NCBI GenBank assembly: GCA_002269645.1
Contig: NIVC01001234.1
Span: 124,001 to 188,000, forward strand
From: Macrostomum lignano
Taxonomy: Eukaryota
DNA length: 64,000 bases
Direction of reading: 5' to 3'
Part shown: positions 1-12,300 of the stretch, piece by piece
How the letters are laid out: every line of letters begins with the position of its first letter
Numbering within the stretch: the stretch's first letter is position 1
Notes under the pieces: generated by a model
What the model was told of the DNA's origin: nothing
What the model saw: the letters and a program-made list of their open reading frames with translations, nothing else
The model's database searches: none
Translations under genes and position numbers: made by a program

Positions 1-804
1 TGGGCAGTGTCTCTCTCTTTGCAGTTCGGCGGAGCAGCTGGGACAGAATATTCATTGTTAGCCAGTTAAGCGGAGGATGACAAAACAGCTGGCGCTACAG
101 CCAGGAAGTAATGAAGCGGGATCGGGCGAATTAAAGAGATCACAGGAAGCTGCTTCTGTGCATTACTATATGCAACTAAGTGAACTCCGAAAGGAGCTTT
201 ATTCGATTAACTTGGCCGCAAACGCTGTCACTACCCTACACAGGCATGCGATGCGGATTAGAAATGAGGGGCTTCAAAGAGCATGGCATGGAATGCTAAA
301 TCTGGCATCGATCTACGCAATCTGTGCGGCAAGGAACTCAAAGGACAGTCAAGAGCCGGAGAGCAAAGGACCCCAATGGAAGTGAGCCGCTGTTAAAGTG
401 CAAATTAAGAGAAATTCAAATCAATTCGATTCAAGACAACGAGTCGATCACGAGCGTCAAAGCAAGAAAACAGATTCCCTAAAAATAACACGCAGCAGGT
501 GCAATAAAAAACGCCGGAGGGATCATTAAATTTGCAATTAATGCTGGATCACAATCATCCATAGCTGGTCAATGCGTCAATCACCTTCTGGGCTGACTAA
601 GCCCGTCTGTCTGACAATTCCACTGCATCATGCGATGCCGATAGTCAGTCAGGCATATTTAATCAGAAGTGTACAAACTTTCCCAAAAACAGGAATATAG
701 AAAACAAGTGAACTATTTACTCGTAGTATTTAATTAATGTTGAAACAAACTGAACTAAATAACCAGGAGTCAGACAGGTAGGCCTAAATCTGTGTATTTA
801 AGGC

Positions 805-1290
805 ATTTGTTTAGGGGTTTCAGTGTAATTAGATAAGACGAGGAGGGGTGGAGTGCGCCACTGGGAAAGAGGCGAGAACGGAGAGCCAATCAGAAGTCAG
901 TGAGGGAGAGAGAGATAACAATAACATGATTGAACTAGACAGAGAGGGAGAGAAAACAGATTAAATATTTAGGGGTTTGAGTGTAATTAGATAAGACGAG
1001 GAGGGGTGGAGTGCGCCACTGAGGAAAGAGGCGAGAACGGAGAGCCAATCAGAAGTCAGCGAGGGAGAGAGAGATAACAATAACATGATTGAACTAGACA
1101 GAGAGGGAGAGAAAACAGATTAAATATTTAGGGGTTTGAGTGTAATTAGATAAGACGAGGAGAGGTGGTGTGCGCCACTGAGGAAAGAGGCGAGAACGGA
1201 GAGCCAATCAGAAGTCAGCGAGGGAGAGCGAGAGATAACAATAACATGATTGAACTAGACAGAGAGGGAGAGAAAACAGAGTAAACAGAG
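805..1290. repeat. Tandem repeat, ~159-bp unit x3
   Basis: 'tgtaattagataagacg' recurs at 824, 982 and 1141; each unit carries 'agccaatcagaag' and 'gagagggagagaaaacaga'. Confidence 0.9.
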
Positions 1291-1669
1291 AAGTGAAGGT
1301 GAAATCAGAAATGACTAAGAAAGTCGCGACAAGGGAACTCATGGTTTGATCGAATAACTGCCTAATTCAATCAGGGCATGAGATTCTTGTGAGAACTTTG
1401 AAAAGCAGCTTAAAGCCTTCTCTGCTGTACAGAGTGGCCCAGACAAAATAGGTAAGTGGCAGCTAAAAGTCGATAAGCTAAAAGAAGTGCTAATTTTCTG
1501 AGTCTCCGAGGCTCGATGACGAGCCACGTCTACAGTTTGGCAGCAGCCGCGCACAGAAAGGATTCAATATCGTGGGAGCTCTTACAATGGACAAGTAGAC
1601 AAATAACGAGACAGACGGGGAAGCAATAAAACTTGCAGCAGTTTCTTATAAGGTGTACTTATAGAGGTG

Positions 1670-2275
1670 CCAGAGAGTGCTAGCAAGGGTTGCCAGAGTG
1701 CTAGCAGGGGTTGCCAGAGTGCTAGCAAAGGTGCCAAAGAGTGCTAGCAAGGGTGCCAAAGAGTGCTAGCAGGGGTTGCCAATGAGTGCTAGCAGGGGGG
1801 TGCCAAAGAGTGCTTGCAGGGGTGCCAAGGAGTGCTAGCAGGGGTGCTGAAGAGCGCTAGCAGGGGTGCTGAAGAGCGCTAGCAGGGGTGCAAAAGAGTG
1901 CTAGCAGGGGTTGCCAATGAGTGCTAGCAGGGGGGTGCCAAAGAGTGTTTGCAGGGGTGCCAAGGAGCGCTAGCAGGGGTGCAAAAGAGTGCTAGCAGGG
2001 GTTGCCAATGAGTGCTAGCAGGGGGGTGCCAAAGAGTGTTTGCAGGGGTGCCAAGGAGCGCTAGCAGGGGTGCAAAAGAGTGCTAGCAGGGGTTGCCAAT
2101 GAGTGCTAGCAGGGGGGTGCCAAAGAGTGTTTGCAGGGGTGCCAAGGAGCGCTAGCAGGGGTGCAAAAGAGTGCTAGCAGGGGTTGCCAATGAGTGCTAG
2201 CAGGGGTGCCAAGGAGTGCTAGCAGGGGTTGCCAAAGAGTGCTAGCAGGGGTGCTGAAGAGTGCTAGTAGGGGTG
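1670..2275. repeat. ~22-bp minisatellite (gagtgctagcaggggtgccaa-like) with a 91-bp higher-order repeat
   Basis: Monomer is visible throughout; the variant 'ttgccaatga' recurs at 1911, 2002, 2093 and 2184 (period 91 = 4 monomers). Confidence 0.9.
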
Positions 2276-2879
2276 CCCAGATTTTGATAATGCATGCATC
2301 TCTGAGATGCTTTGTTTGGACGCAACTGGCATGGATGCCGCCACCAGAGTCTATCTGCGGGATAAGTAGTTGAGAAAATAGCAAAAACATTCCATTACAA
2401 AAAGCAGAATACAACACGCCAGTGGAATAAAACTCAAGGTCAAACAAAGAAGGGAGCAGTTACGAATGCAAAGGACGATTTGTACAGAGGAAAAATAGCT
2501 GATAGCAGAGAAAGGGCGTTGCTGGGACATGCCAGTCGCATTATAAATCTTGATGAGCTCGAATCTCTGAACTACACTCTCCATTGCATTTGACAACCGG
2601 GCGGAGTTGAAACGCATGAACGATCCGCTGCAATTAGCTGGCGTGTCCGCGCCACCCTGACTAGCGCAGCCGGTCGGCCTCAAGCCCCACTGTGGATGAC
2701 GAGGGCCAGTAGCAAGAGGAATTTAATTTAAAAAAAGATGAGTATCCGCGTTGGGAACTACATCTGGGTAGCAATCTGCATGTTCAGGCAGGGATTTCTG
2801 ATACTAGAGAACGTGCTGAAAGTCCGTGATGCCAGTGAGCGATGCTGCATCTCTATGAATAGTGTGGTTGTAACACAAA

Positions 2880-3070
2880 GTCCCCGTGTGACACCAACAC
2901 CATCAAGTGTGACTGTTACACTAAAGTTCCCGTGTAACACCGACACCATACAGTGTGATTGTAACACTAAAGTTCCCGTGTAACACCAACACCATACAGT
3001 GTGACTGTAACACTAAAGTTCCCGTGTAACAGCGACACCATAAGTGTGGTTGTAACACCAAAGTCCCTGT
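2880..3070. repeat. ~45-bp tandem repeat (tgtaacactaaagttcccgtgtaacaccgacaccatacagtgtga) x3-4
   Basis: 'cactaaagttccc' recurs at about 2920, 2965 and 3011. Confidence 0.85.
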
Positions 3071-3599
3071 TTAACACCCTAGTACGAGTATTTATGAGCA
3101 ATCAACTCATTTAAAATGATAATTAAAACATGCTGGGACCAGACGCTAACGCAATTAATCATAATTTTTTAACAATGACCAACATAAGCAATAAATAACA
3201 AGAATAGTAAGTCACTATGCGAATTGCTGCAAATCAGTATAATTTGATTAATACCGTTGATTATTCGTAAAAAGTACTTAATCTATTCATTCTTATAAGA
3301 AAAATATAAAAAGAACAAACGGGCCGATCAGTACAAGCGAAAAAAGCTGCCGCAAAAAAATAGAATAACACACAACGTACAGATCAGTCAACTTGGAAAA
3401 TATGAGCCTCAATTTATACTGAATTGCCCAGCACTCGAGAGTCAGCGCTCGCAGACATTGAATTGGGCTCCACAAAAGCACAGAACACGCTTGGCAATAC
3501 TGCAGAGTATGCGGAAAGTCATCCTTATGAACTTATTGACCTTGCCCTGATCTTACCTTCTTTGCTTGTATTACCTTTCCTTCTGCAACTATAACTCCC

Positions 3600-4460
3600 C
3601 ATGCACTCCTTGCCTCTGCCAGTCCGCCTCTCCCCAATTCACTCTCACTGCGTGCCTCTCCCTTCCCAATACACTCCCTGCCTCTCCCTTCCCAATTCAC
3701 TCTCACTGCGTGCCTCTCCCTTACCAATTCACTCCCTGCCTCTCCCTTCCCAATTCACTCTCACTGCGTGCCTCTCCCTTCCCAATTCACTCCCTGCCTC
3801 TCCCTTCCCAATTCACTCCCTGCCTCTCCCTTCCCAATTCACTCTCACTGCGTGCCTCTCCCTTACCAATTCACTCCCTGCCTCTCCCTTCCCAATTCAC
3901 TCTCACTGCGTGCCTCTCCCTTCCCAATTCACTCTTACTGCCTGCCTCTCCCTTCCCAATTCACTCTCACTGCCTGCCTCTCCCTTCCCAATTCACTCTT
4001 ACTGCCTGCCTCTCCCTTCCCAATTCACTCCCACTGCTTCTCCCTTCCCAATTCACTCTCACTGCTTCTCCCTTCCCAATTCACTCTCACTGCTTCTCCC
4101 TTCCCAATTCACTCTCACTGCTTCTCCCTTCCCAATTCACTCTCACTGCTTCTCCCTTCCCAATTCACTCTCACTGCTTCTCCCTTCCCAATTCACTCTC
4201 ACTGCTTCTCCCTTCCCAATTCACTCTCACTGCTTCTCCCTTCCCAATTCACTCTCACTGCTTCTCCCTTCCCAATTCACTCTCACTGCTTCTCCCTTCC
4301 CAATTCACTCTCACTGCCTGCCTCTCCCTTCCCAATTCACTCTCACTGCCTGCCTCTCCCTTCCCAATTCACTCTCACTGCTTCTCCCTTCCCAATTCAC
4401 TCTCACTGCTTCTCCCTTCCCAATTCACTCTCACTGACTCTCCTTCCCAATTCCCTGCCT
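3600..4460. repeat. Pyrimidine-rich minisatellite (ctcccttcccaattcactctcactgc, ~29-33-bp variants)
   Basis: Directly visible; it explains the low-complexity ORFs at 3566-4883. Confidence 0.95.
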
Positions 4461-4464
4461 CTCC

Positions 4465-4795
4465 TAGGAGAGGAGAGAAGGAGGAGAGGAGAGGAGAGCA
4501 GAGGAGAGCAGAGGAGAGGAGAGAAGAGGAGAGGAGAGAAGAGGAGAGGAGAGGAGAGCAGAGCAGAGAGGAGAGGAGAGAAGAGGAGAGGAGAGGAGAG
4601 CAGAGCAGAGGAGAGGAGAGAAGAGGAGAGCAGAGGAGAGCAGAGCAGAGAGGAGAGGAGAGCAGAGCAGAGAGGAGAGGAGAGAAGAGGAGAGCAGAGG
4701 AGAGGAGAGCAGAGGAGAGGAGAGAAGAGGAGAGGAGAGGAGAGCAGAGCAGAGAGGAGAGGAGAGGAGAGAAGAGGAGAGAAGAGGAGAGATTG
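4465..4795. repeat. Purine-rich simple repeat (GAGGA/GAGCA/GAGAA)n
   Basis: Directly visible; abuts the pyrimidine-rich array. Confidence 0.95.
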
Positions 4796-5617
4796 TAGCG
4801 GCCGGATTGCTATTGTGAAGTTTCAAAGGACCGCCGAGGGCCGGATAGCTCTGCGGACCGGAGCTAACCAACCCCTGTGTTAGGTGATCAGTTAATCTTA
4901 TAAACCGCATTCACCCCAAATACTAAGCTCGACTTGAAAAAGAAAATGTCTCAAATGTCGTGCAGCTAAGCAGATCCCGAGAGCGGAAGGTAGTTCAGCT
5001 GCTCTCCAATGTATCAAAGAGTCACAAGACAAAAAGTTGAAATAAACATGGTTAATTCGTTGAAAAAAACTAATCCCGTCTATTAGTTTTTGAGACTGAA
5101 AACCGTTTGAATTAGTAAATGTAGCAGGCCACCTTGAAAACTGTAAATTTGTGCTACAAGATAGGCTATTGCCATGGGTCTCTAGACAGATAGCTAAAAG
5201 CGTAAGGAAAGTGTTATTTTTTGCAAATTTTCCATTTTTGGCAGATTTCTCTGGTGACAGAAAGAAACAAATCCGGGCTTCTTCTGACGATCTAAACCGA
5301 GACTTTAGTCTAACAAAGCGAGGCTACATATGCTCCCTATACAAAATTCAGCACAAGTGATGTTAGACATAGGCTATGCCCGTATAAGCCAAATGGAGAA
5401 TCAAAATGAGACGCAGCCAATCAATACGGGGCTGAACTGAAAGTAGTCAATTTATTTGGAAATTCGCGGCGATCCTATAAACGGATGCTCACTTGATTTC
5501 AATAACTTGAGCGGCAGCTAGAATGGATGATCCGGTATTGACAGGGTCGGTCAGACGTTGACGGTCTTCTGTTGGAGTCGGTGGAGCCATAACAGTGTCC
5601 AGTTCGGAACGGACTCA

Positions 5618-5950
5618 GCCTTTTACTCGCGTAGCCTATGGCTTTTACTCGCGTAGTCTATGGCTTTTACTCGCGTAGTCTATGGCTTTTACTCGCGTAG
5701 TCTATGGCTTTTACTCGCGTAGTCTATGGCTTTTACCCGCGTAGCCTATGGCTCTTACTCGCGTAGTCTATGGCTTTTACTCGCGTAGTCTATGGCTTTT
5801 ACTCGCGTAGTCTATGGCTTTTACTCGCGTAGTCTATGGCTTTTACTCGCGTAGTCTATGGCTTTTACTCGCGTAGTCTATGGCTTTTACTCGCGTAGTC
5901 TATGGCTTTTACTCGCGTAGTCTATGGCTCTTACTCGCGCAGTCTATAGC
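5618..5950. repeat. 22-bp minisatellite (gcttttactcgcgtagtctatg) x~15
   Basis: Near-perfect head-to-tail copies with no spacers. Confidence 0.95.
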
Positions 5951-7137
5951 CATGTGTTTCTTAACATCGCTCCTGCTGGTTTGTATGGGGAGCTTATAGA
6001 ATCTTGGTTTGTTTGACTAAAGTCTCATTTAGATGGTCAAAAGGACAGCTTTGAAATTGTTTACTGTGCCTTTGCTGGTCTATTCCCGGCAAATGGGGCA
6101 TTTCATTGATTAGCTAAGAAAGTTATGGGAAAAGCTCCTTGTACACCTTTTCTCGTTCAATTTCAACAAAACAACAGTTCTTTTTAGACAAGAAGATGTT
6201 CTATTTAGACACTATGGTTTAAAGCAGTATAAGTTACTGCTTGCAAACGAACTGTCATTCAATTTAGACAAGCAACATTCTATTTCGCCACAAGGAAAGG
6301 GCCGGACTGGCTAAAAACGTGTACGAACCTAAAAACCTGTCGCTTCTTTCAAACCACCATTTGAGTAGTTTTTTACTGTTTTTTTTTTAAAACCGAATGA
6401 GAGTGAGAGAGAATAAGACAGACAGACAGACAGAGAGACAGATTGTGAAAAAAGCAAAAAACTTAACAGTCAAACAAACACGTACAAATAAGAAACAATG
6501 CAGCCAGCACGTAGACTGTGCAGTCATCTCAAAAGGCACATCATCCCGTACACGTACATCAACGAGCTCTTCTTCGTCTTCTTCTTCAATCTCTTCAATA
6601 ATCTCCTCTTCATCTTCTACATGTACCACAGCGGCTATCTTTTTCTTATAATATGTGCGAAGTCGATTTTTTGTGTGTACTTTTAAAAATTAATCTTTGG
6701 ATGAGTTAGGAGAGGGAGAGTGAGCCTGTGATTGGTGTCTAAAATGAATGTTGGCTGTTTAAATTGAACGTGCCAACACCCGATCAAAGTGATTTCGGGC
6801 TCAAAAGAATTTCAGTTTGTCTAATTTGAATGCTTTGAGCTGTGCTCCAAACCCTTAAATGTCAAGAAAATTGGGTCTAAGATGAACACATAATCAGTAC
6901 CACAGAGAGCACAGGACAGTCGGACAGTGTTGAGCTCAGCATGCCAAAAGCCACTGTAGAAAAAAATGCCACCAATCGATTAGCAATAACTAAAACAGAT
7001 TTGGAACAAGCAGCGGACCTAGCTGACTCGGCTACTGACAGTAGTATGCAGCAGATATTTATATATATAACAGTCAAGGAATGTTTGATTTGAATGCAGG
7101 CAAGGTGAACGTTGTGAATTCTTTCTTAGAAGCAGAC

Positions 7138-10100
7138 TTAGACCGACTTCTGTTTATTCTGCACCGAGCGCACATTCCAGTGGAAGCAGTCGGCGAGGCC
7201 GCTGAACCAGTCCTGCAGCGGACTCCTGGCCGATATGGAGGGCACCATGTACTCTGAGGTGGTGATGCTCACCGAGTCGCCCGGGAGCAGCTCCTGACGG
7301 TCGCGACCATCGAAGCTGACCCAGGCGGTGCCGCGGGCGGCCTCCGCCAGCCGTACCTGGATATTAATCAATGATAATGCAATGAAAAGTTGAAAGCTTG
7401 CAAATATTGATTTATGGCTGCCAAATCATTATTCTAAAGTGATAGCAGCTAAACTGGCACTCACTATTCTGAGTGATGGCAGCTAAACTGGCACTCATTA
7501 TTCTGAGTGATGGCAGCTAAACTGGCACTCATTATTCTGAGTGATGGCAGCTAAACTGGCACTCATTTTTCTAAGTGATGGCAGCTAAACTGGCACTCAC
7601 TTTTCTGATTCAAGTGTATAAGTAAAAAAAATACGAATCAACCAATCTGCACCGACGGCAGGCCCACCTTGATGCTGGTGCTGGCCGGCAGGACCACAGG
7701 CCGGAAGCTGAGCGAGTGCGGGCACACCGGAGCCACAAGAAGGGCGGGCACAGACGGGTGCAGCATGTTGGCACCGGCCGCCATGGCGTAGGCGGTGCTG
7801 CCAGTCGGGCTGCTCACAATGAGGCCGTCGCCCTGCACCGTGGTGACTGTGCGCTCCTCGATCAGCACGTCAATGATGCAGAGGTAGCCAGATGGACCAC
7901 GATCGATCACAACTTCGTTTAGCACCTGTGCGTAATATACAGTACATTAGGCATTAAATACAACCTTGTAAACTAGATCAGAAAACTTGCAATTGAAAAG
8001 CACTAAAGCCTTAGGTCTCGAAAGCGGTGGTCGGAGCCAACGTTCAAGGGTTCGAATCAACACTATAATTTCGCTCCTGGGGTTCGGATCACTAAGATTC
8101 ACGTATGCGTTATAAGAGGCCAGTTTATTTATTATACATGCCCTGATGAGCAGACGAGCAACCGACAGCTCAGCTGCAGCTATTGCGCGGCGCATCTGAA
8201 GGCTGCATACGGCTGTTCAAGTCTAAGGACTGGGGTCGCCACACACACCCTCAATTACCCCAGCTAATGCTGGCACCCATTTTACAGCTGGGTGAACTGA
8301 AGCAATGCAGAGTTAAGTGTCTTGCTCAAGGACACAAGTTTTTCCTAGTGGGTCGAAATCGAACCCACCCTCGACCTTTCAGTCGCAGGTCCGACGCTCT
8401 CACCAGTAGGCTGCAATCCCTCCCCTAAATCGAATTCGTACCTGCTTGAAGTCGCTCGCGCCGCTGTTTGCGTGGGACAGTCTGCAGGCCAGGCGAGACC
8501 GCATGATGAAGTGGCTGCGGCTGTCCAGCACCGAGCGCAGGTCAGCCCGATAGTTTTCAAACCGGTGCGGCGACAGCAGGCCCAGGCTGTTGTGATGGTG
8601 GAAGGCCAGGATGGGCGGCACATCGGCCTGGAACAGGTTGCTGGCGTACAGGAGGCTGCCGTCCCCGCCGATGCACACAATCAGATCGACTGTCCGGTCA
8701 CTGAAGCTGAACTCCGCGTACACAAACGTGCGCAGCTGGCTGATGACGCTGTCCAAGGAGACTGCCGCCTCGTCTGCTGCCGCCGCTGCCCGCAGCTCCG
8801 ACACGGCGTTGATCTCAACCAGCACCTCCAAGTGCAGATCCTGGACAGTAGTTTTGCAGTTTAAACTAGCAGCTTTGGAGGCCGGATATACGGCTTTATC
8901 TTCTGAGCGATAACGATTCCCCTTGGTTATCTGATGGATTTCCCTTGATTATCTGATGGATTTCCCTTGATTATCAGAAGGATTCCCCTTTGATTATCTG
9001 AGGTATTCCCCTTGATTATCTGAGGTATTCCCCTTGATTATCTGAGGTATTCCCCTTGATTATCTGAGGTATTCCCCTTGATTATCTGAGGTATTCCCCT
9101 TGATTATCTGAGGTATTCCCCTTGATTATCTGAGGGATCCCCTTTGATTATCTGAGGGATACCTTGACCATCTGAGGAAAGGGGGCCGCAGCCTAATGGT
9201 CCAGCGCGGCGATCTGATGTGCCAGCGGCCCAGGCTCGATTCCAAGTGCAGTCATTAATCTGAAGCTGAATCAGAATCTCGGCTTGGCTCTGCTCGTGCA
9301 ACTAACGCTCTTGAGGGCCAACCCCCAAGGCACAGTGAAGTAAGTGTTCACGCCTAACGATAAATAAATCAGGGCCGCTGTACACTCCTGTGTGAGTGTG
9401 TGCCTGTGCGTATGACTGTGCATGTATCCGCGCGCTTGTGTGCCTGCTCAAGGGAGTCGGCGGAATGGGCGTAATGCCTCTTGCCGGTTGTGTGACAGTG
9501 TCGCTTAAAGTGCGCCATGGTGCACACAGCCCCCTGCCTCTAGTCTAGTAGTAGTAGACCATGTGAGCAATTCCCCTGAAGCCCTTGACCTCCTGAGCTC
9601 TTATCCTAGAGTCATGGACCGCTTCTCTTGTATGCAGTGATCCCCCCCAAAGGCAGAGACAAATCAGCGGAAGGCCAGTCCTCTGAGCCTTGCTACCCGC
9701 ACAGAACAATCTGTAGATGCGGATAAAAAGTTCGCAGAGGCAGTGGGTTAGTCTTCAGTAACAGATCAAGTTTTACCAACAAGAGAGATAGAGAACAGGA
9801 GAACAAGCCCCAGCACTGAACACTGTGCGCTCGAACTTCTCTCACGCTGATAAGAATTGAGCAGTAGGCCCAGTCACCCCGGCACAGTTGCAGCCATGGA
9901 GATCGAGATGCAAAACCTGGAGTAGCGACCCATAACTGCCCGGGCTGGGTAACACTGTACGGTTTGATAAAAAACATCAAAAGAAAACGCGATTGTGGGA
10001 AACTCGAAAGCGAAAGTTTTGGCGTAGAATTTTTTGGACTTCAGGCTTTGAATTTTTCGAATTCGAGTTTCCACTCCAGACTGTCTGTCTAGAACTCCAG

Positions 10101-10717
10101 GTCTAGGGTTCGGTCACTCACCGACCAGTGAGTTTCCACTCCAGACTGACTGTCTAGAACTCCAGGCCTAAGGTTCGGTCACTCACCGACCAGTGAGTTT
10201 CCACTCCAGACTGACTGTCTAGAACTCCAGGTCTAGGGTTCGGTCACTCACCGACCAGTGAGTTTCCACTCCAGACTGACTGTCTAGAACTCCAGGTCTA
10301 GGATTCGGTCACTTACTGAGACTAAATGAGTCAGCAGTTCGATGAAGGCTGGCAGCAGGGTGGGGTCGGGTTTCTTGACGGCCATTACCCGCCTGGGCAG
10401 ACTGTCGGCCCACTTCAGCAGGTGGTTGTCCAGCTTGCTGTCCTTCAGACCCCTGGCAACGGATGGAGTTGAGATCAAAACTCAACGAGCACCCAATGAC
10501 ATTTTCAACAAGCCTTTGCCAGAATTATCAACAATATTTCCTAGCTTAAATCATCACTGTAAACCAGAACGGTCTGATTAGGCCAAAGCACTCACCGTTG
10601 AAAGTAGGGCTTCCACCGAAGTGTTATGCTGCTCCTCGCGTGCTCCCACTGTCCCTCCTCATCCTCCCCGCCGCCGCTGCAGGTGTTAGGCACGTGAACT
10701 CGGCCGTTGCAATTCAT
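7138..10717 (-). CDS. NADK: NAD+ kinase, 5 coding exons (10717-10596, 10452-10317, 8840-8442, 7925-7668, 7356-7138), ~377 aa
   Basis: NADK motifs are present: IGGDGSLLYAS, VLNEVVIDRG, GDGLIVSSPTGSTAYAMAAG, WVSFDGR and WNVR. LLKW..PRRVMAVKKPD resembles the animal NADK N-lobe. All introns are GT-AG with compatible phases. The start codon and exon 1 are less certain. Confidence 0.92.
7440..7610. repeat. 34-bp tandem repeat x5 in NADK intron 4
   Basis: gatggcagctaaactggcactcattattctgagt is repeated. Confidence 0.9.
8128..8425 (-). mobile_element. tRNA-derived CORE-SINE copy 1 (NADK intron 3)
   Basis: The reverse complement has an A-box/B-box head (gcagcctactggtgagagcg...ggttcgattt) and the core 'gtgtccttgagcaagacacttaactctgcattgcttcagttcacccagctgtaaaatggg', shared with four other copies here. 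Confidence 0.85.
8925..9170. repeat. 22-bp minisatellite (ttccccttgattatctgaggta) x~11 in NADK intron 2
   Basis: 'aggta' recurs at 9001, 9023 and 9045. Confidence 0.92.
10066..10316. repeat. 65-bp tandem repeat x~3.8 that includes the NADK exon 2 splice donor
   Basis: 'ccactccaga' at 10071, 10136, 10201 and 10266. On the - strand the real donor GTAAGT (10316) is echoed by GTGAGT at 10251, 10186 and 10121. Confidence 0.9.
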
Positions 10718-11809
10718 GGCTTCCTGGCAGGCTCAAGCAGTTCAACTGCTACTCAAAGTAATTTTCAATGGAGTTGTTGACTTCACAAAGTGCGAGGCAA
10801 GCAGGCGCTTAATAAATGCATGGGGCTTCTCAACTCCGACTCCACCCTGTGCTGCAGGCCTTTATGTCCAGCGGTTGGTTGGTGCAGCGCCAACCTTTGT
10901 ACGGTGTCAATTGGCTGCAATTTCAACAGCAGCAATAATGAGCCAATTAAAAGACTCTCAACTAAGGTAAGTATTTTTACTTTGCTATTTTACTTTTTTA
11001 TCAGAGAAACTACCATAAGTACTATATAAAGGATATGTAAATGCAAGTATATTCTGAATAGAGTTAAAAGTCAAGAGCACACAGACCAAACATTTTTCAA
11101 ATGCTAAGTCATCCCACTTTGGTCTCTCTCTCTCTCTCTCTCTTTTTGGGCCCTCTAATGGCCACTTAGACATCCTTAGGATTGACTTGATGATTACTGA
11201 GACAGGCTAAGCTAAAATAGTTTCATCTTATTAAAATAGGGATTGGTCAACATTTTTACCTTGAGTGTAAAAACAGGTAAGATTTTGTCCTGCCTGCACC
11301 TTTTGCTCGCGTTGGATAACAAAGAATTGAGCTCAAAGCACAGTATTTCTGGGCCCAGGCTGCTGCAGTCTATAGCCCAGCCAAGGCAATGGCCATTGCC
11401 TTTGGGCCCGAAGATGCAGGCGAGAGAAAATTAAAGCGAGTGCCTCCAGTGTTTTATATAAAAAGGAGAGACAGTGAAGAACATGCACGTGGGAATGAAA
11501 AGCTACATAGAATAAAATGCATTCTATGCAGCTCATATTGAGGGCCAGATAAAAAATCTAGCTAATGGCTATAGAACATGAAAAAAGAAAGGGAAGAAAG
11601 AGAGAAAATAGGAAAAAGATAAGAGATGGGATGGGATATAGGATAAGAAATAAATGAGAGAAGCTGAAAGAAGAAAAGAAAAAGGGAGAAAGCAAGTAAG
11701 AGAATTAAGAAAAAAACCATGAGCAGGCTAGATTATTATTATAAAGTTTCAAAGGACCTATAGGCTAGATAAAGTGATTTCATGGCCCATGTTTGGCTTA
11801 TAGACTACT

Positions 11810-12300
11810 AGAGTTTACCAAGATAGGTGTACCGCTTGAAGCGTGCGAGCCTGGTCGTCTGTCCGTCTGCACCGCGGCACGTCAGGTCCGCTGGGATGTC
11901 GGCCGGCACAGTCAGCACCTCGGTCTTCAGAGTGTTGACGATTAGACCGACGCTCGAGCCTGTCGATCTGGCGCTGGGCGCCTTCAACGGACGAGGACAG
12001 GAGGGCAAGGTCGTCGGCGTAGCCTAGCACGCTAAGGCGCTTTTCGCCGTGGTGGCGACCGATGCGTCTGCGCAGCAGGAAGCCGTCGTCAGCCGAGACG
12101 AGTGCGGTCCGAAGCACCCAGTCCAGCAGCAGCACGAAGAGAAACGGCGCCAGCGTGTCGCCCTGCAGAACAGGCTCAGAACAGGGTCGGACAGGCCGTC
12201 CGCCGTCACCACAGCAGCTCGAGGGTCGCAATACAGCGCCATGACAGCGCCGACTAGCTGCTGGGGTACCCGGTAGGCTCGTAGGACAAGGGAAGCGCGG
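11810..12300 (-). mobile_element. Non-LTR retrotransposon (RTE-like LINE) reverse transcriptase fragment, degenerate
   Basis: VLQGDTLAPFLFVLLLD (RT motif B'), LGYADDLALL (catalytic YADD), VGLIVNTLKTEVL and YTYLG; frames are broken. Confidence 0.85.

Noticed and set aside
2351-2720. Possible - strand exon (RPTGCASQGG...FELIKIYNATG)
   Set aside because: No recognisable homology and no partner exons with compatible phases; left unannotated.
3533-4910. Long ORFs of 148-410 aa on both strands
   Set aside because: They are translations of simple repeats (SLPNSL / ERRGE) with no domain or splice support.
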